Shown in pieces: positions 63,990-64,000 of a DNA stretch of 64,000 nucleotides. The DNA is from Escherichia phage EC.P2, in sequence record PQ631072.1. One strand, written 5' to 3'. The translations under genes and the position numbers were made by a program. The notes under the pieces were generated by a model that was given only the letters and a program-made list of their open reading frames with translations, was not told the origin of the DNA and made no database searches. Position 1 is the first letter of the stretch, and the number at the start of each line of letters is the position of its first letter.

Positions 63990-64000
63990 TAATAAGTTCC

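Noticed and set aside
1-64000. Prophage or temperate lifestyle
   Set aside because: No integrase, repressor, attachment-site repeats or bacterial flanking genes are seen; the content is typical of a virulent phage.

Overview
This 64 kb window reads as a contiguous piece of a large virulent tailed phage genome (contractile-tail type, Gram-negative host), with no integrase or repressor seen. All calls below come from reading the sequence and ORF track by hand: no database search or RNA-folding program was run, so family assignments rest on motifs and gene order.

Layout:
- 1-2700 (+): tRNA array of about 17 tRNA or tRNA-like genes behind consensus sigma70-type promoters, with small ORFs interspersed.
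- 3.0-4.4 kb (+): small ORFs and an overlapping i-spanin/o-spanin pair.
- 4.4-22.3 kb (+): late morphogenesis module. Large terminase (its P-loop is split by a 158-aa intein-like insertion), portal, scaffold, major capsid, putative sheath and tube, tail chaperone pair with a -1 frameshift site, tape measure, baseplate.
- 22.3-41.6 kb (+): an unusually large set of tail fibre and tailspike genes, including pectate-lyase-like, collagen-like and O-acetylesterase-like proteins.
- 41.6-64.0 kb (-): convergent block. DNA methyltransferase, a protein carrying an SSB-type DFDDDIPF motif, a nucleotidyltransferase, family-A DNA polymerase, primase-helicase, four glycosyltransferase-like genes, a secreted SleB-like hydrolase, then a Ter-like module (TerD, vWA, TelA-like, TerC) next to a macro-domain protein and a phosphoribosyltransferase-fold protein at the window edge.

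The best candidate for an undescribed system is the phage-borne Ter-like / macro / PRTase / glycosyltransferase region at 50.1-64.0 kb.
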